Positions 11,898 to 23,899 of a stretch of 64,000 nt of DNA are shown piece by piece. The notes under the pieces were generated by a model. That model was not told the origin of the DNA. It did not search any database and saw only the letters and a list, made by a program, of their open reading frames with translations. This DNA comes from Camelus ferus (Eukaryota). Made by a program: the position numbers and the translations under genes. Numbering within the stretch: position 1 is the first letter of the stretch; each line of letters starts with the position of its first letter. The stretch lies in assembly GCF_009834535.1 (NCBI RefSeq), contig NC_045696.1, positions 105,092,001 through 105,156,000 of the forward strand. The letters are read 5' to 3'.

Positions 11898-13529
11898 AAG
11901 GGGGCGAGTTTCTTTAAATGACCAAGGGGTGATCAAACAGATTCCCTGGAAGCTTCTGTCCCCGCAGACGCCCACGAAGGAGGCCTGTGCTGTCTCCCAC
12001 TCCCACAGTGACCAGCAGGATTTCTAACCATGCATTTTCCTTTAGACATGGACCATCTTCAATATGTTTATGAAACTTTGTGCTAAATAGTGTGAAATAC
12101 CAAACTGCCCTCTGGCAGCTGCAGGGGTCATCATTTAACTGCAACAGCATTTTTCAAATGTACTCACTAGGGAGGTAGGTAAAGATATAAATTGCTGGCA
12201 GGAAGGAGACAGCAATGGGGGAGCAGCCTGGGAGTTCTCCACCCCAGTCCTTCCAGAGTCGCTTCTGCCCAGCCTCAGACAAAGCCTGGAAAACCAGCTG
12301 GTGACATTGTCATTCAAATGATTTCAACCAGAGCCACTGTTTCTAAGCACCTACTGTGTGCACTGGGCATCATGCCACATCAAAAGTGCCCTTGTCCTAT
12401 GTGATTCTTGGATCAGTGCCACGGTTGAGTGAAGCAGAGAGAACACAGGCTATGGAGGTAGGCAGCCTGAGTCAGAGTTGATGCTCTGCCTTTATCACCC
12501 AGGGGAGCTTACACAGGTCAGTTGAGCCTGAGACTCAGTTTCTGCACCCACAGAACTGGGATGATGGTGCACCTCCCTCCATGCTAGATACCAGCTCTCC
12601 CAGTTTATCAGAGCTGACTGTGCACCTCTCTTCCTAGCTCTGGGTTTAGTGATGACAAGCTGGCACGTTGAAATTAACCAAGGTGAAAATATTTGCACCA
12701 CAAAAATAGGCAAACTACACATCAAGCCTTGCTCTTTTTAGAGACCCACTTACCAGCATGCCACTGCCTACTTCATATGCACAGAGACTTAGAAAAATAA
12801 TGTCTTTACAGCGCTAGGCATAGTCTCTGGTACATCACAAGTGCTCCAAAGTTGATAACTATGATCACAATTCACACTTCCATAGAATGAAACTGATACT
12901 CAGAACAGCTGTATAACCTGCCCTTGGCCACAGAACTGATGCAGGGCAGAGACTGTCTGGTTCTGTCTGGTACCACGGCTTTTCCCACTACTCCACACAG
13001 CCCCTCAGACAAGGTACAGCGATAGCGTCAGAGACTGGATGAAACCACGCTGACCCACTTGGGGACTCCTGGATGGAGAGGCAGGGATGGGAGCGGGAAG
13101 AGAAGGTTTGAGCAGATCTGGAAGAATAATGGGAATGAAATGAGCTGATGCACGTGATGGGAATGATGTGACCTGTGGGCAGAGTGAGGGGACTGTGGGC
13201 TCTGCCTCCCTCCTGCATAAGGACTCAACCAAGCCAAACTCAGACCCCTTCACAGTGCTCTCAGTAGCTTTGGGGCCCGCAGCATCTGCCCTTGGATTTG
13301 CACCACCCTCCACGTGGCAGTGCTGTCCTCCTAAAAGTACTGCAGTCTGCTCATCCTTCTCATAGTCTCTCAGACAAACAGCTCCAATGGTTCCCAACTG
13401 ATCCTGCATGTTCCATATTGCATCATTCAATTACAATGTGTTTAGAATTCAATAAAATGTTACCCAATTATATTTAAAGGTAAGTAGTAACTTTATTTTA
13501 AAATCATCATTGTCCTTAGTCATAGTAGC

Positions 13530-13725
13530 ACATTTTTGGAGCATCCCTGTCAAATTGTTTAATTCTCCTCTTGAGGTTGGTATTATCATGCCCACTTGAC
13601 AGATGAGGAAAATTGAGGCTCAAATTCAGTGACTTGACCCAAGGAACCTCTACTGGGAGACAGGTTGTTGGCAGGACTCAAACCCAAGTCTGTCTGACGC
13701 CAAAATCCCTACTCTTCACATCAAG
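13530..13725 (-). mobile_element. MIR
   Basis: tattatcatgcccacttgacagatgaggaaaattgaggct...gtgacttgacccaagg...ggactcaaacccaagtctgtctgac. Confidence 0.85.
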
Positions 13726-14454
13726 TCACCGTTGTTTTTCTGTGGGCTGTTTCCTTACACATTCTGCCCCCCGGCACCAGTCTCTGCCACTGCTTTCTTC
13801 CAGGAAAGTTGCAAAAACCCAGGAGTGCACATTCTGATCAGGTGTTGCTCAAAACAATAGCTGCTTTTGGAAGGCACTCCAGGGACTGCAGAGTCTCCCC
13901 AGAATGAGACGCTGCAGACAGGAGGACATCACCTGCTCTTGCTCGTTGGGTGGGGATGACTCAGTCGCAGTGAACCTGGAGGAGTGCGCTCCGAAAGCTG
14001 GCAGCTCCAAGCAGTGCCCTAGTGATTCGTGATTCGGAGATGCAGGCTGGCCAGGGCGGGGGTCCCAGGCTTTCCGCCGCAGAGTCACTCCAGATAAACA
14101 ATCAGAGGGCGAGGGCTGGGAGATAACGAGCAGATGCCCACAGGCTCCTTCTGTTGCCAGGCAGCTGGGCCTAATGGAAAAGCCACGTGCCTGGAATTGG
14201 GAGTTGCAGTTCGCACCCTGACTGCTAATGCCAGGGAGTGACCTTCAGCTAGGCACGTACCCACCTGTCTCAGGCTCCCCCGCTGCCAAGGGGGAAGAGT
14301 AAGCCCACCGGATCCACCTCGGGCAGCTGGCGCTGAGCATTTTACGCAGAGTCTTTCTCAATACTCAGCAATTTCAGGAAGCATCTCCTGATGACTTCAG
14401 GCCAATGTTCCATCCTTTCTCTGGAATGCTAAAGAAATTGCTCAGATGCGCTGG

Positions 14455-14575
14455 TGAAAAACATGGTATATGATCATTGCAGAAAATTTGGAAAATGCAT
14501 GAAAGAAAAAAGCTTAAAATTACTCATAGTCCCACCATGCATCGACAGGTATTTTTAAATTTTGTTTCTCACATC

Positions 14576-14621
<46 letters not shown>

Positions 14622-15175
14622 TGACAATAGTTCTCTACCCTTTTGCATTTTTCATGTAATGCTATATCAAAAGAATTTCATACCACTAAAAAAAAAACCT
14701 TCATAAATATCACTTTACATTCTGTAAAATATTCCATTGTAGGAGGGGTCACTTGATTTAATCCTTCCTTGAACTCTTAAAAGGACTTCCAGTATTTCAA
14801 TATTATAAGTATTGCACAAACATCCTTGTTCATAAAGCTTTTTCTTCTCCACTTCTGATCATTCCCTTAGACAGATTTCTAGAAGTGACACCATCTGGTC
14901 AAAAGGTAGCAGCATTTTGAAGGCTCCTGTGACATACAGAAATGTCGCAGCAATGTTCCTAGCCAGTCAGCAGAGTGAGACAGGGCCAAGTTCCCACTGC
15001 CTTTCCATCATTTGATTATTTTCCTTTTAAAAAGTCTTGCTATTCTGATGCAGAAAAAAAAAATGGATTCTCACTGCTGTTTCATTCAGACTTTTTAAAT
15101 TACTTGTTAGATGTTCTGCTCATTTTTGGAGCAGGTTTAATTCTGTCTGGCAGATTTGTTCATTTGTTTTCCGTC
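14455..15175 (-). mobile_element. Ancient L1ME-type 3' fragment
   Basis: cattgcagaaaatttggaaaatgca, atattccattgta, atttctagaagtg...tggtcaaaagg. Confidence 0.7.
14579..14618. repeat. (TA)20 microsatellite
   Basis: Perfect run read directly. Confidence 0.98.
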
Positions 15176-16073
15176 ACATAAACCTGTTTCTTACATCTCA
15201 TCTCCTGCAAGACAGGTCTGAACCCACAGTGGGGTACTGAACCAAAATTCCTTCCCTGGCCCTTGTTTTAATGTTTCAATATGTCCCCGTCATTTTCCCA
15301 CCTTGGTCCCACTCGCTTGTGGCTGTCCTCTGGCTTCTCCTTTTACTGACTCAGGACCTTAGGAGGCCTCCAGGAGAGCATCACACATCAGGTCTGGCAA
15401 CCAGGATGGAGAGTGCAATGGCACAAGTCTCCTCCCTTGCTAGACAAGTAAGCTCTTTGAGGGGCTCTCTGTATCTTTGACCCAAAATAGGAACATCCAA
15501 CCCCAAACTCTGGCCAGAAGTACCACTTACACATGTATGTCCCTCCTCCATTCCCAGTCACTCCTGCCAGCCTGTGAGATGGACGGACTGGCAAGCAGGG
15601 CTGGGCACATCAAGCCATCCTCTAGAGGCTCTCTGGTGGGGCTGCCTGCCCTCCAGATGCCCGTCCTTCTCCACATCCCAGAGTACAAGGTGACCCCACC
15701 CAGGCAAGGCTCCTCCCCTGTGGCTGGTGTTGACATCAGCATAGTTCAGGGGAGATGAGGAGCAAGAAGACCCCAAATGATCTCAGATGCAAAATAATCT
15801 CTCTCTGCCGCCCAGCCTCACCATCCAGAAAGCTGGTGCTTACATCCCTCCCTAACTCCTGTGTAACATACGCCTTACACGCCCAGAATCACCAAGAGAA
15901 GGAGAGAGAACTCTGGGCACCCCAGATTCTGCAACACCCACAAAGGAGGTCTGGTATACAGGGAAAGGCTGTACCAGTGGTCTGTCCACCCTTTCCTAAA
16001 ACTTGGTAAGAGTACTCTGGAATTAACAAATAAATCATTTCTAAAATCTATAAAATTGACTTTTTCTCTTAGA

Positions 16074-16346
16074 CCATTGTTTCCCACATCTGTTTCTAGT
16101 TTCTATGAGCTATGATTGGGATACACATGTAAAACACATTCTGTGATCAGTTTCTATTGGAGAAACAGTGCTGAACAAATTAAGGGAACACAGGACTCCT
16201 CAGAGCTTTAATATACCAGTACATGTTGTACCGCTTCAAGAGGAGGCTAAGGAATGTGTTTCTCAAGCATCTTGGACTTCCAAATCCTCTGTCTGGGGGC
16301 ACCTTACAGGACTAGGAGTCTGCAGAACATGCCTTGGACAACCTGC
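16074..16346. mobile_element. MER103C-like hAT element
   Basis: caggactcctcagagctttaatat...ttcaagaggagg...gtttctcaagc, with degenerate TIR-like ends. Confidence 0.65.
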
Positions 16347-16511
16347 ATCATGTAGCCCTAGGGTGGGCCTCCGCCAGATGTTTCTGGGATTTCCCAGGAA
16401 AAGGAGCTTCTTCTCAGAAGGGAAGCACTGACCCCATCTCCCCCTGAACGAATCCCCTCCTATCCAAGCCCCAACATACGATTGGTACCAAGTCTGCCTA
16501 AATGGTCAGGG

Positions 16512-16726
16512 AAGAGGTAAGCAAACTTTTTCTATAAAGGGCTGGACTGTCGATGTTTCAGGTTTGACAGCCGTGTAGTATCTGTTGCAACTGCTCTGCT
16601 CTGCTGTCACAACAGGAAAGCAGCCGCAGACAATACGTAAACAAATGGGCACAGCTGTGTTCTAATAAAACTTTATTTACAAAAACAGGTGATGGGCCAC
16701 ATTTGGCCTAGGGGCTATAATTTTCT
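16512..16726. mobile_element. MER58A (hAT-Charlie)
   Basis: gcaaactttttctataaagggc...gacaatacgtaaacaaatgggcacagctgtgttctaataaaactttatttacaaaaacagg. The terminus is interrupted by an L1. Confidence 0.9.
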
Positions 16727-17250
16727 CTCTTTTTGTTGCTGTTGTTTTTTAACTGAAGTAGTTGATTTACAATATTGTGATAATTTCTGGTGTACAGCAT
16801 ACTGATTCTCTGCAAGGCGCAGTGAAACAAGTTATGGCTGTGCTTCAAAGGGAGCTCACCTCCCTTTCGTAAAAACTTACTCCTTCTCTTGTGTTTCCTA
16901 TTTTTCAAGTTCATCAAGCCAGAGAGCTGCGAGTCAGCAAAACTCCACCATCTGCTGCATCCATTCAGCCGGTAGCCAAACTTGACGACACCCTGAAAGG
17001 TTTGGTACTCACTCCCCTCCGTCCAGTTCATTGCTACAGACCCTTGTCAGGTATGTATATTACTTTTCACATTCTTTTTCATTATAGACTATTACAAGGA
17101 TATTGAATACAGTTCCCTGAGCTAAACAGTAGGACCTTGTTGTTTATCTATTTTACATATCTGCAAATCCTGAACTCCCAATTTATCCCTCCACACCCAC
17201 TCTTCCCCACCCCTGGTAACCGTAAGTTTGTTCCTAGGTCTGTGAGTCTG
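16727..17250 (-). mobile_element. Short cetartiodactyl-type L1 3' end, split by a 240-bp insert
   Basis: 16727-16808 and 17049-17250 join into a sequence colinear with the L1 tails at 10797 and 56915. Confidence 0.9.
16809..17048 (+). mobile_element. Diverged L2 fragment inserted inside the L1
   Basis: Colinear L2 landmarks: aaacttactccttctcttgtgtttcctat ~ aaacctgctcctcctcctgtgttccccat; caagccagagagctgcgagtca ~ caagccagaaacctgggagtca; cattgctacagacccttgtc ~ cactgccaccaccctagtc. Confidence 0.6.
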
Positions 17251-17984
17251 TCTCTGGGCCATGGATTTCTGACTCTCGGTGTGAGGCATCTCAGACCAGG
17301 GAGAAGGGCCTCTGGGTATTGACCATGAGGAGTTAGTCCGAAAGAGTAAATTCATGACAAACCTCCAGAGGGGAACTCATTCTCAGATGAGGAGGCTTCA
17401 CCTACACCAGGCCATACTTCAACTGATGGGGAAACGCCCTGTGCCCTCCCAGCTCGGAAGGTGTAGCCAGTATCCTAGCACCCAGTGCTGCCACCTGCGT
17501 GATCATACAAAGTCTCTGAAACTCAAAAGCCCCAGGGGAAACTTCGTGAGGCCTGTGTGAAGCCCCGGCATGCCTGAAGAAGTGGATGTATGTAGGTGAA
17601 CTGGGGGTCAGTGGCCTTGTCTGAACCCCGATGCTTAACTGCAGAACAGCTGCTGCAGACCTCGGGGCAGGAGAGCGGGGCTGAATGTCTGTCCACATTC
17701 CATCGTGGTGCTCCTCTCCTGGCCTGGCTGCAGGGGAATGCATCGGGAATCCGAGGACTGTCAGCAATGCAAACCCCAGAGCATGGGGCCACACGGGCTG
17801 AACAGACTTCAGAGACACCAAAACAAGCCCCCTTCTCTCTGTAAGCTGAGTCCTCATCCTCCAGCCTGTGATGGAGGGAACCTTGTAGCCTTGTCATTCA
17901 GAATCAAAGGCTTTGTCAGCAGGGTGAAGGACCGGACAGGGAGGAGCAGACACAACCAGCTTAGAAAGTATGACTCAGAAATAT

Positions 17985-18190
17985 AGCACTAGCTGACTAC
18001 TGAGAGCCTACGAGACATCAGGCATCTTATTTACAACAGCACAGATTCTTCTCTGCAGGGTCAACATTACCCCATCTTACACAAGAAAACCAAAACTCAG
18101 AAAATGGACGTGAGTTGTCAAAGTTCACATAGCTTGTGAGAGGGATGGACCTGGGATCCCATCCCAGATCTGTGCGACCTTATTGGTTCC
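17985..18190 (-). mobile_element. MIR
   Basis: attaccccatcttacacaagaaaaccaaaactcaga...aagttcacatagcttgt. Confidence 0.7.
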
Positions 18191-18529
18191 CCCAAGATGC
18201 CAATCTTCCCTCCTTCCTTAGCCCTCTCCATCTTCTAAACCCAACTGGTCTGAGGTCCATGGTCCTGAGTTGGGTTGGGGACACCCCACACCTCTATCCA
18301 TTCCTACCCATACCGTCTAAGTCATTGCTGGCCTTGGAAAGGCTGGTCCTGGTGGTCTGATTTAGAGTATGTGAGGTTTTCCCAAGATCGAGATGTCTGT
18401 GTACAGATGTCACATAGATCATGATAAGAAGTGGGTGGCAAACATAGCTCTCAGAGTCATCATGGTGACCTTTACCAAGTAGCAGGGCTGATAGCTCAAC
18501 ACACATGGGTGCAGCTTGTAAGAATGGGA

Positions 18530-18700
18530 CACATTTCCCAGGTGCTTGCTGGGCTACAGTCAGTGCTAAGACATTTGCATACATGATCATGTTTCATCTT
18601 CCCAACTACCTGCTGATTTAGGTACAATTATCATGCCCATTTTTATAGATGAGGAAATTGAGGCTCAGAGGTTAAGTAATTTGTCCTGATCACATATCTA
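18530..18700 (-). mobile_element. MIR
   Basis: cccatttttatagatgaggaaattgaggctcagaggttaagtaatttgtcc. Confidence 0.9.
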
Positions 18701-19862
18701 ACACAACCTCCTTGATAGTGGCTCCCATGCCTTCCCCAGTATGCTATGCTCTCCTGACTATACCATGCTCTAAACCCACTTCCCTTCTAGCTTGTAACTT
18801 CAATCCAGGCAATCAGTTTCATATCCTGCAGATAGGGGGACACCAAGGACCCCAGTAATCAGCCCCATGTACCTGCCCCAGAGCTGGACCCCCACCACTT
18901 CTTTTGGGGATCTCCACCGGAGCCCATTGAACAACGGCTTGTCCACACAGAGCTCATCCTGACAGCACACTCTAGATTTGCCTGGGAAGTCCAGACTTCA
19001 AATGTCCTGCCTCATTTTACCATGAGTCCTAATCTGTAACTCAGAAAATGCACAGCAATGACTATATTTAGAGAAATAAATACAGTAACCTAAGAATTTG
19101 GGAGGGAGTTCTACACAGAAGAGGCTGCTTGAGAGGTTCAGGTTGGAAGATGCTGAAATACTGCTCTCTGGGCTGTAAGCTGCCTGAAGGCATCCACAGG
19201 GACTTCCTTTGTTCATTGTCTCAGCCCAGGGTCCAGCAAGAGGCAGATGCCCAATAACAACTGTTTGGCTAGCGGCCTTGCATCGCGCTACTGTTTTGCA
19301 AGGCTGGGGCATTCATCCACCCTCCGCCATTCCTCCCAGATGTTTACTGTGTGCCAGGCCCCAGCCAGGATCTGGGTGCAGCAGGACAGGTGGGACATCT
19401 GGAGCGCACCTTCCAGCTCATATGTGGGTGTTGGGCTTATGAGCACCAAGACCTGGAGACACGACCCTTTGGAATTTCAAAGGTTGAAACATGCTAACCT
19501 TTGAGCCTCACCCAGGGACAGACAGGAACTTTCATTCTAAGGCAAGATCATGATTCCAACCCCCCGTGATGCTCCCTCTTCTCCCTGGTGGTTTGGGCAG
19601 ATCTGTGGTTACGCTGGGAAGATGGTGAATGGGGGAGAAGCAGCAAGTTTAGCTCACAATAACTCGGTGAAATGCTCTTTTTCTCTGTCAGGTTTGGACA
19701 AGGGCTTGCTTGACCCCCGGGGCACTTCTAAGATAAATTTTCCCAAGCTTCTTCTTGCTTAACAGTTCATTCTCATTTTAAGCTGCCCCAGACCTCCACC
19801 ACCCCCCCCCCCAGGTCCACGTGGTGTCCCGCAGTGCCGCCTATGCAAGTCATCTTATTATT

Positions 19863-20008
19863 GGGGGAGGGTGTAGCTCAGTGGTAAAGTGCACGCTCAG
19901 CGTGCACAAGGCCTCGGGTTCAATCCCCAGTACCTCCATTAAAATAAGTAAATAAATAAAGTTAGCTTTGTTTTAAAAAATAGAAAAATAAGTAAATAAA
20001 TAAATAAA
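19863..20008 (+). mobile_element. Camelid tRNA-Ala-derived SINE (Vic-1 type)
   Basis: GGGGAGGGTGTAGCTCAGTGG (A box), GGTTCAATCCC (B box), AATAAA-rich tail. Confidence 0.9.
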
Positions 20009-20554
20009 ACACCATCCTTCCTCACATAACCCGTGGCTTTGGACCACCTTGGCCTAAACAATCTCAGTTCTTCCAGAACCAGAGGTGAAGCATCATGGTT
20101 AAGCCTGAAATGGAGAAACAAAGGAAGCAGCACCTCTCTCCCCAGGGAGGGGCAGGGCTGGGCAGCTGGGAAGGGGAGACTTGGCAGAGCAGGGGAACCC
20201 TGGTGGGCGTAGGTGTGCGTGCAAGCACTCCCACCCTCCAGGATCAGTACACCAGAGAAGCTGGCTGCTGAGGCCGCTAGGGGGACAAATCCACAGCAGC
20301 TAAGAAATGTGAGAGAGCACAGAGCGTCGGGCATTGGACCAGCCTCGGACGCCTCGCCAAGGCTGGCCCTCTGGGAAGGCAGTGGAGGCAGGATAGGGGA
20401 GCCATGGGGCCCCCCTCTTACCAAAAACCTGTCTCTCTGGCCTGCCTCAGAGCCCCAAACCGCCCTACATGTCCCTCTGGGCCAGGGCTCCCTGGGCCTT
20501 TGTTCGGACATCACAGGGCACACGGTGGGAAGTCATTACTTCCTCCGGTAAGCC

Positions 20555-20710
20555 AGGGCTGCCTCACGCCGGCTGCACAGCAGACACACCTAGGGAGATT
20601 CTTACAATCCGGACCCAGACCACACCAGGCGTTGCCGGGACAGGGACTCAGACATGAGTGTTTTAACTCCCCAGGCAGTTCGAGTGTGTGCTCAGGTGAA
20701 ACCCCTCCAT
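20555..20710. mobile_element. MER5-family MITE, diverged
   Basis: ggctgcacagcagacacacctagggag...ttttaactccccaggcagttc. Confidence 0.55.
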
Positions 20711-21311
20711 CCACAGCTCGGTGGGCATGAACTTCTCAGGTAAACCCGGTCTGAGAGCAAGGAGAGGGCACACAGGTGTTGAGGAACCAGCAGGTGCCGT
20801 ACTGACGTGGTCCAGCCTCATCCTGACCCCAACGGCTGACACCTGCAGGCACTTTGTCATCCTCAGCTCTGTGACAAGAGGTCCAGAGCTCGGGGAAGTG
20901 AAGTGGCAGAGCACGAGCCAACACCAGTGGGACCCCAGGGCATTCTTTCTTCTCAAGATTCCGAGCAAGTAACTGGGGACACCTGGGGACACTGTAGCTG
21001 TCCTGCTATCGGGGTGTGTGCAGTACAGGTGTGCTGCCGAGGGGCTCTGGCCAGGCTGGACATGGCACGTCTACAACCTAACAAACAGGGAGAGCAGCAG
21101 TGTGTCTTCTGCCTCAGAAATGTCATGATTTTTCTGGAAGCTCTCTGTGCACCCTGTGCACTTGTCTTAGGCAACTCTGACCACCAAGACCAGCTTTTAC
21201 ACAGGCAGAGTAGGTGACCTCCTAAACTTTGCAATCCGAGAGGCATGAAAAGGACAGCTAAACGCCACCTGCATCCTCCTTCCCCACCATCCAAGGCCTT
21301 CCAGGTTAAAC

Positions 21312-21490
21312 CACTGGCTCCCAAGCCTGCTGCACATTAGAAGCACTCGGGGAGCTTTTAAAACTCCCAATCCTCAGGTCACACTCCCTATCAACTCAAT
21401 CAGAGCGTCTGGAGGTGGGAGTCAGGCGTCGGCAGTTTTTAAAGGTCTCTGGGTGATTCCAACAGGGTGATGAAGTTGGAGGGTCACTGG
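21312..21490. mobile_element. MER5-family MITE
   Basis: gctgcacattagaagcactcggggagcttttaaaa...aatcagagcgtctggaggtggg...ggtgattccaa. Confidence 0.8.
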
Positions 21491-21645
21491 ATCAGGCACT
21501 GCTCTGGGCAAGCCCCTCAGTCAGTGCAGAGGGTAGGGGACCCTTCACTGCCTCCCTGCTCCACCCTGCCGCCCCCGCCCGGGAACCAGTGTCATCCAGC
21601 TTGTTAGCTCTTTTCTCTCCTGCCCAGGAAACCTGTCACTGTGCA

Positions 21646-22106
21646 TGTTGCCAGTGAATAGGTTCTTGTCTCATGCAGGAAAGAATTCAAAAACGAGCAA
21701 TAGTAAAGTGAAGGTAGATTCACTCAGGGAGATACACACTCCATAGACAGAGTGTGGGCTGTCTCAGAAGGCACGAGAGGCGGCCCCAGGGTATTAGGTT
21801 GTTATTTTTTATGGGCTGGGTAATTTCATGTGCTCACAAGTGGGTGGATTATTCTGTTCTGGGAAAGGGGTGGGGATTTCCAGGAGTTGTCCTTTTATGG
21901 TCAGCCTGGGAACGGTCACGGCACCTGCGGGTGTGTGGTTTAGCGTGCTTATGTATTACAACGAGCCTCGATGGGGCTCAAGGTCTGCTGGGAGTAGAAT
22001 CTTCCGCCATCTTGGTCTGCACTGGTTCTAACCAGTTTATGGTGTATCCTCAATGGCTGTGTCGTTCTTTTAATGGTTGTACCCTGCCTCTTTCCCTCCT
22101 GTCTCA
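21646..22106 (-). mobile_element. ERV (probably ERV1-class) solo LTR, 461 bp
   Basis: TG...CA termini; ggttcttgtctc...ggaaagaattc is typical of antisense U5; YY1-type CCGCCATCTTG at 22004-22014. The TSD is not clean. Confidence 0.75.
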
Positions 22107-22200
22107 CTCACAGCACAGTTTTCTCCCTCATCACTGAGCAGAGGCCAGATCTGAAAATGCTCAGTGGGGTGATAAATATGTCTCTTTCCCCTCTCTTGAG

Positions 22201-22391
22201 CATGGTTTTCAAATTTGAGCAAACATCAGAAGCCCCTGGAGGGCTTGTTAAACCCAGATCCCTGGGCCCCAGCCCCCAGAGTTTCTGATTCGGTGTATCT
22301 TGGGCTGGGGCCTGAGAATTTGCATTTCTAAAAATTCCCAGAGGCTGCTACTCCTGCTGCTGGTCGACAGACTGCACATTGAGAATGACTG
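22201..22391. mobile_element. MER5A
   Basis: catcagaagcccctggagggcttgttaaa...cagagtttctgattc...ggggcctgagaatttgcatttcta. Confidence 0.92.
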
Positions 22392-22439
22392 ATCAGAAGA
22401 AAGGAAGGGAGATGGGTTATCCAAAAAGTTAACAGAGAT

Positions 22440-22645
22440 GGGGAGGGTATAGCTCAGTGGTAGAGCACATGCTTAGCATTTACAAGGTCCTGGATTCAAT
22501 CCCCAGTACTTTCTGGTAAAATAAATAAATAAATAAACCTAATTGCCTCCCCCCCAAAAGGAAAAAAACAGAAATAATAATAAAATTAAATTAAACCCAT
22601 CTTGAACAGTGTTGGTTTATAGGAAATGGTACTTTTTTTTTTCTT
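22440..22645 (+). mobile_element. Vic-1-type SINE with extended 3' tail
   Basis: A and B boxes; direct repeat aagttaacaga at 22426-22436 and 22646-22656. Confidence 0.9.
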
Positions 22646-23631
22646 AAGTTAACAGAACAGTAGTTGGCAGGAGTTTGACACAGGAGACCCCCCCAGGGTA
22701 CTCAGAGAAATGCAAAATGATTCTTAATGAAAAGAAACCTCATCTCTCCAGCTCCTTCAAAATCCATGAGAAGGAGAGACTGAAAAGAGGCGCTAAGGGA
22801 GGGATGGCGTTCAGGGCAGGTCTGATTTGGCCATGTTTCGTGGCTCCACTTGATACGGCACAGGGAGGGGCCCCCGCAGGGTGTGAGGGTCTGAATTTTA
22901 GACCCCTTCTGTCCAGAGCGCAGAATCAGTGTAAATCTAGTCTTCCCGGAAGAGGACTTGCATTAAGCAAGCATTTCTTTAATTTCCTCTCTGAAGGCAG
23001 AGTCTCACTTGTATGATCAGTTTCGTTCTCTATCACTCAGAGAGACAGCAGTGAAATAGTGCTCAGAAACATTACACTCCCAGCAATTTCAGAGCATGCC
23101 TGGCTCATGAAGTGTGCCCGTAATTGCTACTTCATAAAAGTTTGATAAATGAGATGCCAAATATACAGCTTCTTCCTCTGAACATTGTAAGGGGCCTTAT
23201 TCCAGGGGTCATTTTAGAGAATGAAAAACACAACTAGTGAGTTTGATTAAAGAAATCATTAATGTTAGAGAAGGTTTAGAAACCCTAAAACAAGCCTCTT
23301 GTCCTGGGAGTGCTGAGCAAGTCACATCAGCTCAAAGCCTGACTGATTTCAGGGGAACTGGCTTCTGGCCTCTGTTCACATACCGGTGACCTTCCTGGAT
23401 GACCTTGGGCAAATCCCAGAGCCTCTTTCTGCCTCAGTTTCCCAAGCGGGGGAGCAGAGAATATTACCCTTGATTCTTAGACACTGGTTCTGGGCACAGA
23501 GTTTCCTGCAAAACCAATTCCTTGGGTTTGAGCCATCAAGAGCCTGCTGCCCAGGAGGCTTCTCAGGATGAAATTAGTGGCAACAGGTGACTTTCCATCC
23601 AGATATCTGGTTTCAGAACCCAGTGGAAAGT

Positions 23632-23779
23632 GGGAGGGCAAAGCTCAGTGGTAGCATGTGTGCTTAGCAAGTATAAGGTCCTGGGTTCAATCCCCAGTCC
23701 CTCCGTTAAACCAATAAACAAACAAACAAACAAACAAACCTAATTACCACCCCCGACAAAATTTTTTTTAAGTGCAAAT
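23632..23779 (+). mobile_element. Vic-1-type SINE
   Basis: A and B boxes, (AAAC)n tail, TSD gaacccagtgga at 23616-23627 and 23780-23791. Confidence 0.9.
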
Positions 23780-23899
23780 GAACCCAGTGGAGAGGGTAGC
23801 GTTGGGAAAAATAGAATAAGCTTCCATCTCAGATGACCATTTCAAACATCTTTAATGATGAAGAATGATATAAGTGTATGCGTTTATTCAAACCTGGGC

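Noticed and set aside
13365..13484. Exon ending at the strong donor AAG|GTAAGT
   Set aside because: It is an isolated signal with no partner exon or recognisable peptide.
19939..20523. 194-aa ORF
   Set aside because: It runs into an antisense SINE tail and has no domain.
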